Source: Balamuthia mandrillaris
Taxonomy: Eukaryota
DNA: 63,839 nucleotides
Assembly (NCBI GenBank): GCA_031835245.2
Contig: JAVKOQ020000084.1
Location: 124,001 to 187,839 of the forward strand
Direction of reading: 5' to 3'
The notes under the pieces are model-generated. The model saw only the letters and a program-made list of their open reading frames with translations, was not told the DNA's origin and did not search any database. Shown here piece by piece: positions 24,613-38,275 of the stretch (position 1 is the first letter of the stretch; each line of letters begins with the position of its first letter). Both the position numbers and the translations under genes were made by a program.

Positions 24613-25993
24613 ACTATCACTTTATTCTTTCTCTCCGAAGTTCTCTTGTGTTTCTCTTCGTATTTTCTGTCTTCTGTCCATTGCGCCACTATTCTGAAAA
24701 ATCCAAACAGCAACACACAGCAAATGTCGCAAGAGGAAATGCGGTTAGAAGTGGAGCGGCTGCGCAGACAAGTGCTAAACCTCAGCAGAGAGAATGCAGA
24801 ACTGCTAAAGACGTACGTGGAGGGCACCAACATGAAGCAGGAAAACGAGATGTTAAAAGGCAGCATCATCCGTTTCCGCAATCAAGTGCAGCAACAGGTC
24901 AAACAACGTGTTAACGGAACGCGCAGCATCAGCCGTCCTTCAACTCTCAGCAAGAGCATCACTTCAATTACAGGAGGCAGCACTTCAATTGCTTCTTCAT
25001 CTTCTTCTGCTTCACCTGTGAAACAACAGCAACAACAAAACTCTTCATCCTCCACTTCGCTTTCAGCTTCTTCGTCATCGATAACGTTGAAGAAACAGCA
25101 GCTGCAAAAGAGGTTACATCAGCAGTTAGCAAAGAGCAGAAAGCTGGAGGCGGAGAACAGGGCGTTGAAAGAGCGGTTGGAACAAGAAGAGCAACAGAGG
25201 CAAGAGAGAGAAAGGGCTGCGGTAGAGGAGGAGAGGAGGAGATGGGAGCAGCAATTGGCAGAGAAAGAGAAGCAGATCCAAGAGCTCCGCGGGGTGGTAC
25301 AGGAACTGGTTTACAAGAACCAGAAGCAAAAGGAAATGTTGTTGAAGTACAACGAGCGGTGGAGAAGAGTGGAGGAGAAGTTGAGGCAACAAAGAGCCTC
25401 CCTGCCGTTAACAACAGGAAGTTTATCGGAAAGAAAGAAGACAACAATGAAAGAGGAAAGAGAAGAGAAAGGAGAAACACCATCGACAACGACGACGATG
25501 GGAAGACGGAGAAGAAGTCAAAGCATGAAGGAGTTGTCTCCATCACAGAAGCGGAGAGAAGAGCAAGAGCAACAACAAAGCCGATCGATTCACGAGGAAG
25601 AAGCAAAAAGCCATCATCACAGCAGCAGGGAACGGATCAAAGTGTCTGACATTCATCGTCCTGAAAAAGCCAACGCTTCCATCCATGATGAACACCGTCA
25701 GCACCGCTCTCAGCATCACCGCTCTCAGCACTATCACTATTCCTCCTCCCTGCCGTCTAAAACGTCATTGTCATCGTTGGCTTCCTCCATCTCCGCTCCC
25801 GTGCTTTCCTCCCTCTCTCCAGACTTGTCCCCACCGTCCTCTTCCTTGTCCACCTCTCCCTCTTCCTTCTTCTCCTCCTCTCCATTTCCTTCCATCTCTC
25901 CATCTGGTGGTGGCGGTTTCCTTCTTTCTTCCGCTGAACTCGACGAGGAACCTCCTGCTTCCTCCTCGTTGTTAATGTCTTCTGGTCGTTCTG

Positions 25994-26024
<31 letters not shown>

Positions 26025-26118
26025 CTCTCCCTCCTTCTCAAATCCTATTCCAATTCCAAGAACATCTTCTTCCTCCTCCTTTTCTTCTTCTTCAAGCCGC
26101 CAAAGTAATGCTTCTTAA
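23384..26118 (+). CDS. MIT-like domain plus coiled-coil protein (NRBF2/Atg38-like)
   Basis: N-terminus ARDAVTDAEDAMLLGNFEDAIGKYRLAAQMFLEASK...QSLALLAQTHLKKA resembles the NRBF2 MIT domain. Long coiled coils and a Ser-rich tail. Confidence 0.65.
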
Positions 26119-26170
26119 TGCCTTTGGAGGAAAAAAAAAACAAAAAAATAAATAATAAATATAAATAACT

Positions 26171-27355
26171 TCAAAGTATCTCTTCGCTTTCTTCGTCGCT
26201 GCCAAGTAATGAGCCACTAAAATGGAGAAAGGTTTCCGTGTCGCTCACTCCGCTTTCGACCTCTTCTTGAACCATTGCTGTCTTTGCCACTTCGTTTTCC
26301 TTTTCCTTTCCTTTCTCTTTGTCTTCTGTCACTATCTTTCCTCTCTCCTCTGCCCCTTCATCCTCTTCTTCCTCAGCTTCACTTCTTACAAGCGTAGAGC
26401 GTCTTCCGTCTTCCTCCTCTTCTTCTGCTTCTTCTTGTTCTGGTTCTTCCTCCTCCTCCGACTCCTCTTCTCTCCGTGCTTTGTCCTCTTCGTCCTCCTC
26501 CTCATCATCCTCGCTTCCATTGCCTTCATCCTCATCATAATAAGCAATCTGTTGCTGACCCGCCTCACCGGGTGAGAACCTCAAACGGGACTCGTACCAA
26601 GCAATGAGCCGCTGTGGGATGAGCTGTTTGAGCACGCTTGACGCCACGAAAGACCGCCTGGTCTTGCCTCGCCACGAGACCAGAAACTTTAAGCCCTCCT
26701 CGTCCACGTCCACGCCAAAGATGGTGTCCACCTCGTCCCCATGCTCAAAGCCCACCAGTTCCAAGAGCTCCGCTTTCTTCCTCCGCCTCCTTCTCTTGTT
26801 TGGTTGTGCGTTTTGTGGTTGCTGCGGCTCTTTTTGTGCTGCGCGTTTCTTCCTTGTTTTGGGGGCGGTTGTGGCGGTTTTGGCTTCTTGTTGTTCTTGC
26901 TGTTTCTTGAGTGCCAGTCGCTCTTGTCGTTGCTTGGTAAGCTCCCGTCGTCGAGAAGGGGTGTTGCTTTCTTTCTTGGCCTGCTTCCCCTTCTCCCCCC
27001 ACTGGCGCTCGAATTCCTCCAGCAGCTCCTCGCAAAAGAGGTTGCTACGTTTTTCCCAGGTGTTGGCGGAGGCGGGGTAGCCCTTCCATTTGATGAGGTA
27101 TTCCACGCCCCGCCCTTTCTTCCGCTTGTCCACGATCCGCTCTACTTCGTAAATGTCTTCTTCCTCCTCCCCCGCGTCCTCGCCCTCGCTACCCGATGGA
27201 TTGGCCTGCACAGCGCCATCTTCTTCTGCCTCATCGCGTGATTTTGGATTGGTTTTGTCCACTGCCTTATCCGTGGTTTTACCTGCCACCACCTCTTTGC
27301 CTTTGCCTGTGTCCCGTTCTGCTTCGTAAAATTCAAACCCCTCCATCATCAGCAT
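26171..27355 (-). CDS. HP1-like chromodomain plus chromo-shadow protein
   Basis: [33 protein letters not shown] chromodomain; shadow domain GFEHG...LKFLVSW...[12 protein letters not shown]; acidic tail. Start codon uncertain. Confidence 0.88.
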   Translation of the reverse strand: MLMMEGFEFYEAERDTGKGKEVVAGKTTDKAVDKTNPKSRDEAEEDGAVQANPSGSEGEDAGEEEEDIYEVERIVDKRKKGRGVEYLIKWKGYPASANTWEKRSNLFCEELLEEFERQWGEKGKQAKKESNTPSRRRELTKQRQERLALKKQQEQQEAKTATTAPKTRKKRAAQKEPQQPQNAQPNKRRRRRKKAELLELVGFEHGDEVDTIFGVDVDEEGLKFLVSWRGKTRRSFVASSVLKQLIPQRLIAWYESRLRFSPGEAGQQQIAYYDEDEGNGSEDDEEEDEEDKARREEESEEEEEPEQEEAEEEEEDGRRSTLVRSEAEEEEDEGAEERGKIVTEDKEKGKEKENEVAKTAMVQEEVESGVSDTETFLHFSGSLLGSDEESEEIL

Positions 27356-27639
27356 CCCTGCCACCACTACTCCGCAGTGTTCACAGCGTGCCACGGTGTA
27401 CTCTTCTTCGTTTTTTCCGCTTCGTTTTTTTGGCGGGAAGGTGTTTTCTCACGTCGTCGTGAATCAATCAAAATTTTTTTTTCTTGTAAATTTTTCCTCA
27501 CGAGCTGAAAAACTGCAGGAGGAACCCCTTTGACAAGAATGACTGCAGCGTTTCTTCTGTAAAACTGCACCAATTCTGCACCAGCCATCGCCTTTCTTTC
27601 CTCCTTGGCAAAAAAACAAACTGTGAAAAAATAAAGAAC

Positions 27640-29053
27640 ATGCCACACCTGTTGGAGCAACGCGCCTGCCAGTGCAACAAAGCCAGACTCTGCGGTGACG
27701 CTGCTGGTGCTGCTGGTGCTGCGGGAGACTTTACCATCTCGGGAGGAACGCCCTCCTACGCGCCTGACCTGCGGCTGGAGCCCCAGCACATCGAGCTGCA
27801 CCTCCGCTTTGACCTTGCCAGGAAGGAGTGCGAGGGGGCGGCCCTCCTGCGCGTTGGTGCCAACGACCCCACCGCACGCGCCCTCCAGCTGAACGCCATC
27901 AACTTTTTGAACGTCTCCGTGGAGGACGTCGATGGCCACCCCTTGGACTGGAGCTACGACGGCAAGGTCATCAGCGTGGCCTGGGAGGCCCCCTTTGGGG
28001 GGCAGGGGGAGAGTGCTGCCTGCCCAACGCGCACCCTTCGAGTTGGGTATCTGCTTCGTTCGCCCGTCTCGGGGCTGTTCTTCTCTGCGCCTGATGAAAG
28101 GCAACCTGAGCGTCCTCTTTATGCTGTCACTGACAACGAGACAGAAAGGTTTGTGCTCTCTGCTCCTTCTCTTCTCTCATCGCTCTCTCACCTCCTTCTC
28201 CACTCTCCTCTCTATCTCTCTCACTCTCTTCTTTCCTCTTGTATTTGCTATCTTCATGCTTACCTCTCTCACAAAACTTTACAGAGCTAGATATTGGTTT
28301 CCATGCGTGGACTATCCCGTCGTTCGTACTTCTCTCGACATTCACCTCACCTCGGAAGCTCACCACGACCTGTTTGCCAATGGACTTTTAGTGTCCGAGA
28401 AAGTGGACGAGGCAAGCAAGAAGAAGACTGCTCATTGGCGATTGGAGCAGCCCTGCCCTTCTTATCTGGCTTGTGTTTGTGTTGGAGAGGTACACTTCTT
28501 TTTTTTTTTCTTATCTATCTTTCTTTATTTCCTTGTTTGTTGTTCCGTAAGCTAAACTAAAACAACCCACAAATGGAAATGAATGCAGTTTGTGGTGGTG
28601 AAAGACGGAGACGTTAATGGAGTCGAAATAGCATACATTGGCGTAAAGGGCGTCAAAGAAGAAGACCTGAGAAGATCGTTTGGCAAGACTCCCCAAATGA
28701 TGCGTTGGTTGACCTCGAAGTTGGAGCTGGACTTCCCTTTCCCTAAATACTATCAATTCATCTGTCCGATCAAAGGTGGCGCTATGGAAAACATTACGTA
28801 TGATTGTTCTAGTCTTCCTTTCTGTTTCATTGCTCTATTCTCTCTCTCTCTCTCTCTGTTTTGTTTGGTTGTTACTTATAGTAGCTGATTCATTTTTCAG
28901 CTTGACAACTTGGGGAGACGTATTCTTGGTAGATGAAGGCCTTTCTGAGGAATGGCAATATGTAGTGGATAGTATTAACATTCACGAGATGAGCCATAGC
29001 TTTTTCGGAGATGCTCTTGTCATTCGTCACTTTGAACATGCTTGGTTGAAGGT

Positions 29054-29096
<43 letters not shown>

Positions 29097-30881
29097 GTGG
29101 CCAACCGTTAGGGTTCACGTTTGCCATTTATATTAACTCACTTTTTGCAGGAATCATGGGCCACTTACTTTGAATCTCTCTGGTTCCAAGAGAATTCCCC
29201 TTCGTCTACTTCCACTTCCTCTCCTCTTCTGCCCATGGAATTTCAATGGGAAATGTTTCAAAACGCAGAGCAATACATGCGTGAATGCAACGAGCAGTAT
29301 GTGCGTCCCATTGTAACCAACACATACGACTCTTCATGGAACCTCTTCGACGCTCACACTTACCCCGGCGGTTGTTGGCGGCTTCATATGTTGCGTCACC
29401 TCATGGGAGACGCTTCCTTTTGGGGCGGCGTTCGAGCTTACCTCCGCGACAACCTCTACTCCGTTGTGGAGACGACGGCTCACTTCAAGGCTGCGTTGGA
29501 GAGGAAGCTCTTCTCTGGAGGAAAGAACCTGACTCGTTTCTTCGACCAATGGATCACCAACGGCCGAGGCTATCCTCAACTCACTGGAGAGTTTCGTTAC
29601 GACCTCGCCACAAAGCAGCTGATCATCAGCTTTGCTCAAACTCAGAAAGACGAGAGTAAGAAGATTGGACTGTTCGACTTTGAGTTGGAGGTAGAAGTGG
29701 TGGAATCCAACTCTGGAAAGACTCATCTCTTGAAAGTTGACATCTCCTCTGCTCGTTCCCAAAACTTTGTGTCACTTCAACTCGAGAACAAGCCTAGCAT
29801 TGTTCGCTTCGATCCACAAATGAAGGTCCTGTTCTCTCTGCAAGCCATGAACGGACTAGGAGAAGACATTCTCGGCAACACCTTTCTTCATCCAGAGACA
29901 AACCTTGGGAATCAGCTCTGGACTGCCAACGAGCTCATCAAACGTGGCAACAAAGCTTGCTTTGAACTACTCCATCGTTCTGGATTGTTTTTATCTTCCT
30001 CTTCTCATTTCTACGGAGTGAGAGTACAAGTGGCAAAGTATTTGGCAGCAAAGAATAGCGAAGATAGCATCGAGGCTTTGGCGGCTTTGCTGCGCAATGA
30101 AAGCGATCCGAGAGCCTTTGCCGGTCTCTTCCTCGCTGTTGTTCATCACAACCTTAGAGATGAACGCATCCGTCAAAGCATTCTGTCCTTCTTGTCCGAA
30201 GAAGGGGAGAAGAAGAAAGATACTCATCACTTCAAACGCGGAAGATGGGCGGCATTGCAAGCTCTCGGCGTACAAGGAAAGAGCGAGGACTTTGCCCTAT
30301 TGTTGGAGGACAGCTTCTATCCACAACAACAGCAGCAGCACCCCCACCTACGGCCATATGACTCGTTCATTCGCATCGGAGCGTTGCGCGGTTTGGCCAA
30401 ACTCGCCGCCTCCACAGCCTCGGATGAAAAGACAAAGCAGCAAGTCCTGGAGGCTCTCTCTCAGCGCATCGGCGCCAGTAATCCCGACGACACCCGCCCA
30501 GCCGCCATCGAGGCATTCGCTCAAGCGGCCGCATCTCAAGCATCGCAACAAGAGGAGAAGAAGCGAATGGCCGTCGAGCAGTTGATCGCTCTGTTGAGGG
30601 ACCCGCTGCTGAGGGTGAGAAAAGCCGCTGTCACGGGGTTAGTGGTGTTGAAGGCTGGCCCAGGAAGAGCGGCGGAGGCCGTGAGCGCTGTGGCCAGTGA
30701 GATTGCGGAACAGGATTTGCCATGGTTGGAAAGGCAGGTGAAAAGTTTGAGAGCTTCTTCTTCAGGCGGCGGAGAGGAGGTGAAGGATTTGAGGAAGCAA
30801 GTGGAAGAGTTGCAGGCCAGGTTGAGAAAGTTGGAGGGCAAAGTGGAGGCGAGCGAGGAGGAAAAACAGAAAAGCAAGTAA
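27640..30881 (+). CDS. M1 family zinc aminopeptidase with C-terminal HEAT-like repeats and coiled coil
   Basis: GGAMEN, HEMSHSFFG, spliced WLK-ES third ligand, HTYPGG; HEAT-like LIALLRDPLLRVRKAAVTGL. Confidence 0.92.
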
Positions 30882-31515
30882 GCAATAGAAAGAGGACTCC
30901 CGGAAGCCGCTTTGGTTGTTGTAAATGGCGATTTTTCCTTTCCTCGGTTGAGCGTTCCAAGTGGTCCTCTTTTTTCTCGAACACACATGCTTCTCTCTCA
31001 TCCGATAGAACCCAAGAATGCGCTTAACAAAGAAGATATGTTGATGCAATAGTTGCTCTCTGCTCGATTTGCTCTTCACCCTTCTCTCTTCCCGCACTGC
31101 GCCGTGGCCACTAGTTGTGTGTATCCAGGTCCATCGTCTCTCGTCATGCTATCTGCAATCAGCGGACCGTACCTCGCCGCCGCAGCCCTTTATTGATGGC
31201 TGTGGGGACGCGCGGCGTGTAATATCAACATGTCGTCGTGAAATGTGGACAGGAGCGAGGACAAGAGAGAGCACCCCAGGGGAGAGGAGAGAGAGACAGA
31301 AAAGAAAGGAAAGAAAAAGAAAGAAAAAGAAAGAAAGAAAACGACAAAGGAACAAAATAAAAAAATAAAGGAAATCTCAAGAGTAACCTCTCTGTAAAGC
31401 CCTCTTTTTTTTTTTGCTTCTTTTTTTTTTCTCTCCAACAGCTCCAGCCTCTTTCCTTTCCTCTCCTTTCCTTTTTTTGTTTTTAATACCCGTTTTTCTT
31501 TTTTTTTGATTGGTT

Positions 31516-33687
31516 ATGCTGTCGGACGGAGACTCCCCAGAAGAGACTTCCAAGCTAATGAGCGGCCTGCGACCTCACCCCCACTACTACTCCTCCTCCT
31601 CCTCTTCGGAGGGGGGCGGCAGCAACACCGTCTCCTCCTCCACCTCTCCCATGTCGGAGACGCACCTGGCTGGTGGGGGCAGCGTCTCCCCCGCCTCCTT
31701 CTCCCCACTCTCCGCCAACCTCTACGAAGGCCTGCAGACCTTTTCCCAACGACAACAGCAACAGCAACAACAACAACGGAGGGACAGGGCCAGCCCTTCC
31801 TCTCCTCTCCGACGGCAAGGCCAAGAAGACGACCGAGATGACGCAGAATCGGACGTGACCCTTGATGAAACCTCTGACAGCGCCAAGGAGGAGGAGTACG
31901 AGGAAGAGGAGGTGGAGGAGGACGATGAAACAGAGCCGAAGCGCTCTTCCTCTGCTGCACGTCGGCAAAAACGACAACAACAACCACAAAGAGAGCAATC
32001 CATAAAGTCGCCCTCCGCCACGGAAGAGGACGACCTCATCTACGAAGCAGAGAACGAGCCGTCCAACAATGACTGGAGCGGCAACAAGGGACAAGGCGGA
32101 GGGAGGGAGGCCACCTACGCGGGCGGCCACATGGAGGAGGCCCTCCCCTCCAACGTCTTCCTCCGCGCCCTGCACCGGCTCTTCCAGCGGATCGACGCGG
32201 CCTTCTCTCTCATCGTGCCCTCCGGCGGGGTGCTGGCCTCCATTTTCGTGCTGCTCAGCGCCACGCTGGGGGCGGGCTCCCTGGCCCTGCCCTACGCCGT
32301 GCGGGAGTGCGGCCTCGCCCTGGCCCTCTTTCTGCTCCTCCTGGGCAGCTCGGCGGCCTTCTACAGCATCCACCTGCTGACCTGGACCAGCAGGCTGACC
32401 GGCCGGCAGACCTACGAGGAGCTGGTGGAGCATGTCTTTGGGCGGAAGGTGGAGGTGCTGTTGGAGCTGTCGATCATTGTGTTTGGGTGGGGCAGCACGG
32501 TGGCCTACATGGTGGCCATTGGGGACACGCTGCCTCCGCTGGTGGAGCTGTTGGGCGTGCCGGGGCACCTGTTTATAGCGAAGCGGTGGTTCCTGTTAAT
32601 CTTCACCACGGTCGTGGTGGTCTTCCCGCTGTGCCTGATGAACAAGCTGGACTCCCTGAGGTTCACGTCGTTCCTGGGATTCCTGGCCACTTGTTACCTT
32701 ATCCTCACCATCATGGGACTTTGTATTCGTGACATGGCCATGGATGGTTTGTTTCTGCTTCGTTCTTCGTTCTACTTCTTAGATCTTCTTCTGCTTCTTC
32801 TTCTTCTTTTTCTTCTTCTTCTTCCTCTTGTTCTTCTTCTTCTTCTTCTTGTTCTTGTTCTTCTTCTTCTTCTTCTTCTTCTTTTTCTTCCTCTTCTTCT
32901 TTTCTGCTTCGTTCTTCGTTCTACTTCTTAGATCTTCTTCTGCTTCTTCTTCTTCTTTTTCTTCCTCTTCTTCCTCTTGTTCTTCTTCTTCTTCTTCTTG
33001 TTCTTGTTCTTCTTCTTCTTCTTCTTCTTCTTTTTCTTCCTCTTCTTCCTCTTGTGCACTGTATCACTCTCTTATATTGTTTTGCTCGACAACAGGCCTT
33101 GCCACAGAAGAAGTGGAGTATGCCAATGCCAACCAACGTCTATTCGTTGGCCTGCCCATCATCTTCTATGCCTTTTCCTCTCACATCAACATCTTCTCCA
33201 TCTCCCAAGAGCTGCATGAACCCACACAACGACGGCTGGACCTCGTGGCATTGGGCACCGCCCTCCTCGCGCTTATCGTCTACACCATCATTGGTGTGTT
33301 TGGCTATCTCTCTTTCTTGGGGGATACCGAGGACAACATTTTGAAGAACTATGACGTGGACAATAAGCCCATTCAAATCGGAGCGATGGCGTTGACCATC
33401 TCCATTGTGTTTTATATTCCATTGAACACGCATCCTTGTAGGATTACTGTGGATTGGATGTTGTTTCGTAACCAAAGCAAGGTTCTTTCTCTTTTCTCTT
33501 TGTTGCCTTTGTTCGTTGTTCTTTTGTTGTTTTTTTAAAACTGATATGTATTCAAATCTTTTTGCATACATAGTTTCCTCAACGGCTTAGATATTTAATT
33601 GAGACTATTGTTCTCGTTTTTCTCGCACTCGTTCTTGCTATTGCTGTACCTAGCATTGTCGTTGTATGTATTTGCTTCTTTTCCTTG

Positions 33688-33732
<45 letters not shown>

Positions 33733-33964
33733 TTAACTAACAGAAAACAAAAAGGTATTTGGGCTATTGGGAGCAACAGCAACGGCGATGTGTTGTTATA
33801 TAATGCCGCCTGCGCTTCACTTGAAAATAGGAGTAGAGCGGTGGTACCATCCACGAGCTTGGCTCTCATGGTTGCTTGTCATCGGAGGCTCTATCACCGC
33901 CATCGCCAGTACAGTCATTCTATCCATCGATCTCGTCAATACTGTTAAAGAGCACTTTGAATGA
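31516..33964 (+). CDS. Amino acid/auxin permease (Aa_trans, SLC38/AVT-like) transporter
   Basis: ATLGAGSLALPYA, LDSLRFTS, FYAFSSH, GYLSF..NILKNY; many TM helices. Confidence 0.9.
32752..33050 (+). repeat. Intronic ~149 bp direct tandem duplication of a complex TTC tract
   Basis: tttctgcttcgttcttcgttctacttcttagatcttcttc occurs at 32752 and again at 32901. Confidence 0.85.
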
Positions 33965-34100
33965 GCGGAGAGTAAAAGGTGCATACAATGAAGCTGGGTT
34001 ATATTTAATTTTTGCCACATAACGTTCTCTTCTCTTCTCTTCTCTCTCTCTCTCTCTCTCTCGTTCTCATTGTCCAGTAGCAGTATTTGTGTCATCCATT

Positions 34101-35561
34101 TTACAGCTCCATTCTTTTCTTCAAGTTGTTGCTATGACCCTCTTTCTCCTCTGTTTCCATCATCATTTTCTTGCCAACACTCCTCCACACCGCTCCCATG
34201 ATGTCAATAGCTTCTGCTCTTATCTTGGCTTCTCTCTTCGTGCCGCCACCCTGAAGAAGAACGCAGCGACGGACGACTCCTCTAACAGTGGCCTCGATCT
34301 CCAGCTGGCCTAATTTCCACAAGGTATTGGTGCCCTTCTCCATCATCATCTTCTCCACCTCCAACTGCATGGTCTGCATCTCATCAGCGTTTCTGATATG
34401 CAGCGCCTTGGCCCCAAACTCTCTCTCGATCTTCTCCACTTCTCTCTGTAGTTCCACAGCGGCCATCGTGAGGTTGGCCACTTCTTTAATGGTGTGGGCC
34501 GTCTCTCTTAATCCTTGAAAGAGGGACTCCATGCCGAGGAAACGACCCATGTGCTTCTTTGCCTCTTGGCGATAGACGTATCCCACAATGAGGAGCAAGG
34601 AGGGACCGCCGGGGGCTTCCTTCTTCTTGCTGGCTTCGAGCTCTCGCTCCACCTGCTCTTTCCAGGTTTGTTTGGCAGCTCTTTTTTCTTTGGAGGAGTG
34701 TTGGACGTAGAACTGGATCTTTTCGGAGAGTATTTGGGCCAGTTTCTAGAGAGGATAGGACAATGGAGAGAGAGGGAGAGAGGAGAGAGAGAGAGAGAGA
34801 GGAGAGAGGAGAGACAGGGAGAGAGGAGAAAGATAAGCAACGAGAGAGAGGAGAGAGAGGGAGAGAGGAGAAAGATAAGCAACGAGAGTGAGAAAGAGAA
34901 AGAGAGAGAAGATACCTCTTCCTTTTCTTGTTGAAACTTTTTAATGAGGGACACCCTTTCGTTCTCAGGTTTAGCAAGGAAGGCAGGATCGTCCATGATG
35001 CCAAAGGACAGCTCGCCAAACGTATCATCAAAGAGGCCATTGCCGAACAAAGGCTTGAGGACGGCAGACAGAGGAACATGAGTGATCCCGCTTGCCTCCA
35101 TTCCTGCCGTTCCGTACCTATGCACACACACAAAAAAGCAAGAGGGAGCAACGTGAACCGATGAAGAGGGCAAAGATTGAGAAGAGAAGGTAGACGAAGA
35201 GGAAGGAAGAAAAAAAAAGAGGAGAAGAGTACAAGACAAAACGACACAAGAAGAAGACGATCGCAAGAGAGAAGGAAGAGGAACACAACGATACGTACTT
35301 GTCGTAGTGCGCACGCTTGTCAGGGTCGATGAGGACCTCATAGGCCACGCTGACCTGTTTGAACTTGGCCTCGGCGGTGGGGTCATCCGGGTTTCTGTCC
35401 GGGTGGTACCTCCTGGCCAAGCGGTAGTAGGACTTTTTGATCTCCGCCGCCGAGGCGCCCTGGCTCACCTCCAGCGTTTCATAGTAGCTGCTGCTGCTTT
35501 CGGTTGTGAAGGCGGGGGAAGGGTGGCTTGTTGTTCCTGGAGCTTCGTTGGGATCTTGCAT
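34101..35561 (-). CDS. DnaJ (J-domain plus DnaJ-X) co-chaperone, Djp1/Caj1-like
   Basis: YYETLEV...YHPDRNP (HPD motif), [24 protein letters not shown]...RAEA. Confidence 0.88.
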
Positions 35562-35748
35562 TCTTCTTCTTCTTCTCTTTCCTCCTCTTCTCTCTTTCTT
35601 CTTTTTCTTCTTCTTCTTCTTCTTCTTGTTCTTGTTCTTCTTCTTGTTCTTCTTCTTGTTCTTGTTCTTGTTCTTGTTCTTCTTCTTCTTCTTCTTCTTC
35701 TTCTTCTTCTTCTTCTTCTTCTTCTTCTTCTTCTTCTTCTTCTTCTTG

Positions 35749-35778
<30 letters not shown>
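35560..35778. repeat. (TTC)n plus (TC)n microsatellite immediately upstream of the DnaJ ATG
   Basis: Directly visible. Confidence 0.9.
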
Positions 35779-35782
<4 letters not shown>

Positions 35783-35992
35783 GAAAGTGAGAAGGAAAGA
35801 AGAGGGAGGGAGGAGGTTGGAGAAACGCAAAAAAAGAATGCAGAGAGAGAAGCGAGTGGCGGAGAGAAAGAGGAAAGAGTGGAGAAAACCCACAGAGCGA
35901 ACAAAGAAAAGGGTTGCTTGCTCAGATGAACCACCACCAGATCTATTACAACTGCTCTTGCTAACAGACCCCCCACAAGGAGAGCGAGAGAC

Positions 35993-36029
<37 letters not shown>

Positions 36030-36144
36030 AGCAACATGGTGTTGCTCCATATCGTGGATGAATGAAGAGAAGAGAGAGGAGAGAGAAGAGAGAAGAGAGG
36101 AGAGAAGGGAGAAGAGAAGAAAGCTCGGCAGAGATGGGAAAGAC

Positions 36145-36533
36145 ATGGTGCTGCCGCACATCGTGGCGTTGAGGTTCCAAGAGGATATCTCGGGGGAGCG
36201 CATCAAAGAGCACTTGAAAAGGTCCATCCATTCATTCAGGATAAGCGAGACCGGTGCTCATCACCTGCAGTATGTTGTCATTGTTTTGCTTGCAGATGAG
36301 GTGCCATCTCCTTTTTTTTTCTCTCTCTCTCTCTTGCTATCTTCTTTCCCTCACCTTTCTCTCTCTCCTCTCCTCTTTCCTCTTCTTTCCTTTCCTCTAC
36401 TTTTAACCAAGCGCTATGCATACGCAGCGAGCATTGGCGAAATACATATCGCACGCCTAACACGCCCAGGTGAAAGAGATCCAAGCTGCGCTGTTGGGCG
36501 ACATCTTTTTGGTGGTTACTTTGTCTCCCGCTA
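36145..36533 (+). pseudogene. Probable Dabb (stress-responsive A/B barrel) pseudogene
   Basis: N-terminus MVLPHIVALRFQEDISGERI; downstream LAKYISHA*HAQVKEIQAALLGDIFLV resembles the Dabb LxxYxxHPxHxxV motif, with TAA at 36458-36460. Confidence 0.5.
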
Positions 36534-36685
36534 GCACGTGCCTCGAGGAAGCAATCACCAAAGCACAACAACAACCTCGTAATGCATTTTCAGTGCATTC
36601 TCATTTTTTTCTGATAGTTATAGCTATTTATTTCTACGTTTTTTTTTATTTGTTTTTTTTTTTTTGGCGGTCGAAGGGCAGGAGC

Positions 36686-38222
36686 ATGAGCAACACTCCT
36701 TCTTGGACCTCAACTTCTTTGCGTACACAACAAGCCCTCTTGCGAGATCAACTGTTTCAGGCCATTCTTTCTCGTGACCTTCACTCCGTACAACGGTTAT
36801 GGCAAGAGCACAACAATTTAAAAGCGATAAGAAAGCGGATTGAAGCGGAGGAACGCGAGTTGAACGACGAACCGAACGATTCCCGATTGGGCGAAGATGA
36901 AGAAGAACAAGAAGGAACCGTGTTTACCGAAGAAGTAACGGATGGAATGATCATTGTGAGATGTAGGAACAGCATTGAAGAGAGAGAAGAGAGCGAAGAC
37001 TTAACGGCTTTGATGGTGGTGATGGGAGTGGACAGCCATTGGACCAAAGAACTTTCTTCTTTTCGTTACTTTATGCCCGAATGGAACGCCCGCTTGAAGA
37101 TAAATCTCGACAGGGAAGGTGCCAAGCAGAGCAAGCTGGAGACAACCCTCAAGATTACGCAAGCACATGCAAGAACGGAGTTTCAACTGCGTTGCATCGA
37201 CCTGTTGTTGTCCTTTGGCGAAGGAGAAGAAGAGGAGGGAGAGTCGGAGGAGTTGTTGTCGGCCAAATGCAAACAGAGCGGATGGAACGTGTTGCATTAT
37301 GCTGTCATGCACCGAGTGGACGAGGAGGTGTTGCGGAGCTTGTTGCAGCGGTGGAGGGCTTCCCCGGAGGAGACTTGTGCTATTGCTCCTTGGGTGCACG
37401 AGGATGTGAGGGTGTTTTCACGTTCGTCTTGTTCCTTGCTTTTCGTTTGTTGTTCTCGCTTCTGTTGCCTCTTTGCTTCCTTCTTGCTTCCGTTAATTGG
37501 CACTCACTATTTGTTTTTTGCGAGTGTAGCAGACAAACAGGTTCCTCCTGTGTTGCTGGCCATCATGGAACGTAACATGTCTGCTTATCATCTCCTTCTT
37601 TCCAACGTGGAACCTCCTCCTGGTTCTTCTTCCATGGAGGGATGGAACGGAATGGATCAGCTCCTGTTCAACGCCCATAAAGAAAGAGAACCGTTGTTAT
37701 ATAGTATCTGTGGCCGCCCCAGATGGTATACTCCTTCTTTTTGCAACGAAGCTTTGCAAGCTCTGCATGAACGCCTGCCACAACAGTACTTTGAACTTTG
37801 GTTGAACTGTTGGATTTCAAATTGGGCCACTGACTTTCCGGCAACACCGTTGATCCTTCTTCTGGACCTACACAATGCAGCGCGTTATAGTGTTTGTGAC
37901 TTGCTTGCACCTTTGTTCCTTTTTCTTTCTTTCTTGTCGTTTCTTTCTTTGTTTTCTTTTCATATTCTTTGTTCATCCAGTTTTTATTTTGCTTCCAACT
38001 GATAAAAATTGAAACAGGAAAAAGAGGCTGGCGTAAAACATTGGGAGGAGGCGGTAAAGTGGTTACTCCAGAAGGGAGCAGACCCTTATCTCTGCGCTGG
38101 CAACGGTAACTGCTCAGTTGCTTGGTTGTGGGATTATGGCTACAGAGATATGGTTGAACAACATTCCATTGTGCACATGCGAAGAGTTCGCGAGTATGCA
38201 AGCATGCCAGCAGGTACAGTTT

Positions 38223-38275
<53 letters not shown>

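Noticed and set aside
31555..32568. 337-aa minus-strand ORF; similarly 16201-16656 and 27367-28104
   Set aside because: Antisense to well-supported GC-rich exons.
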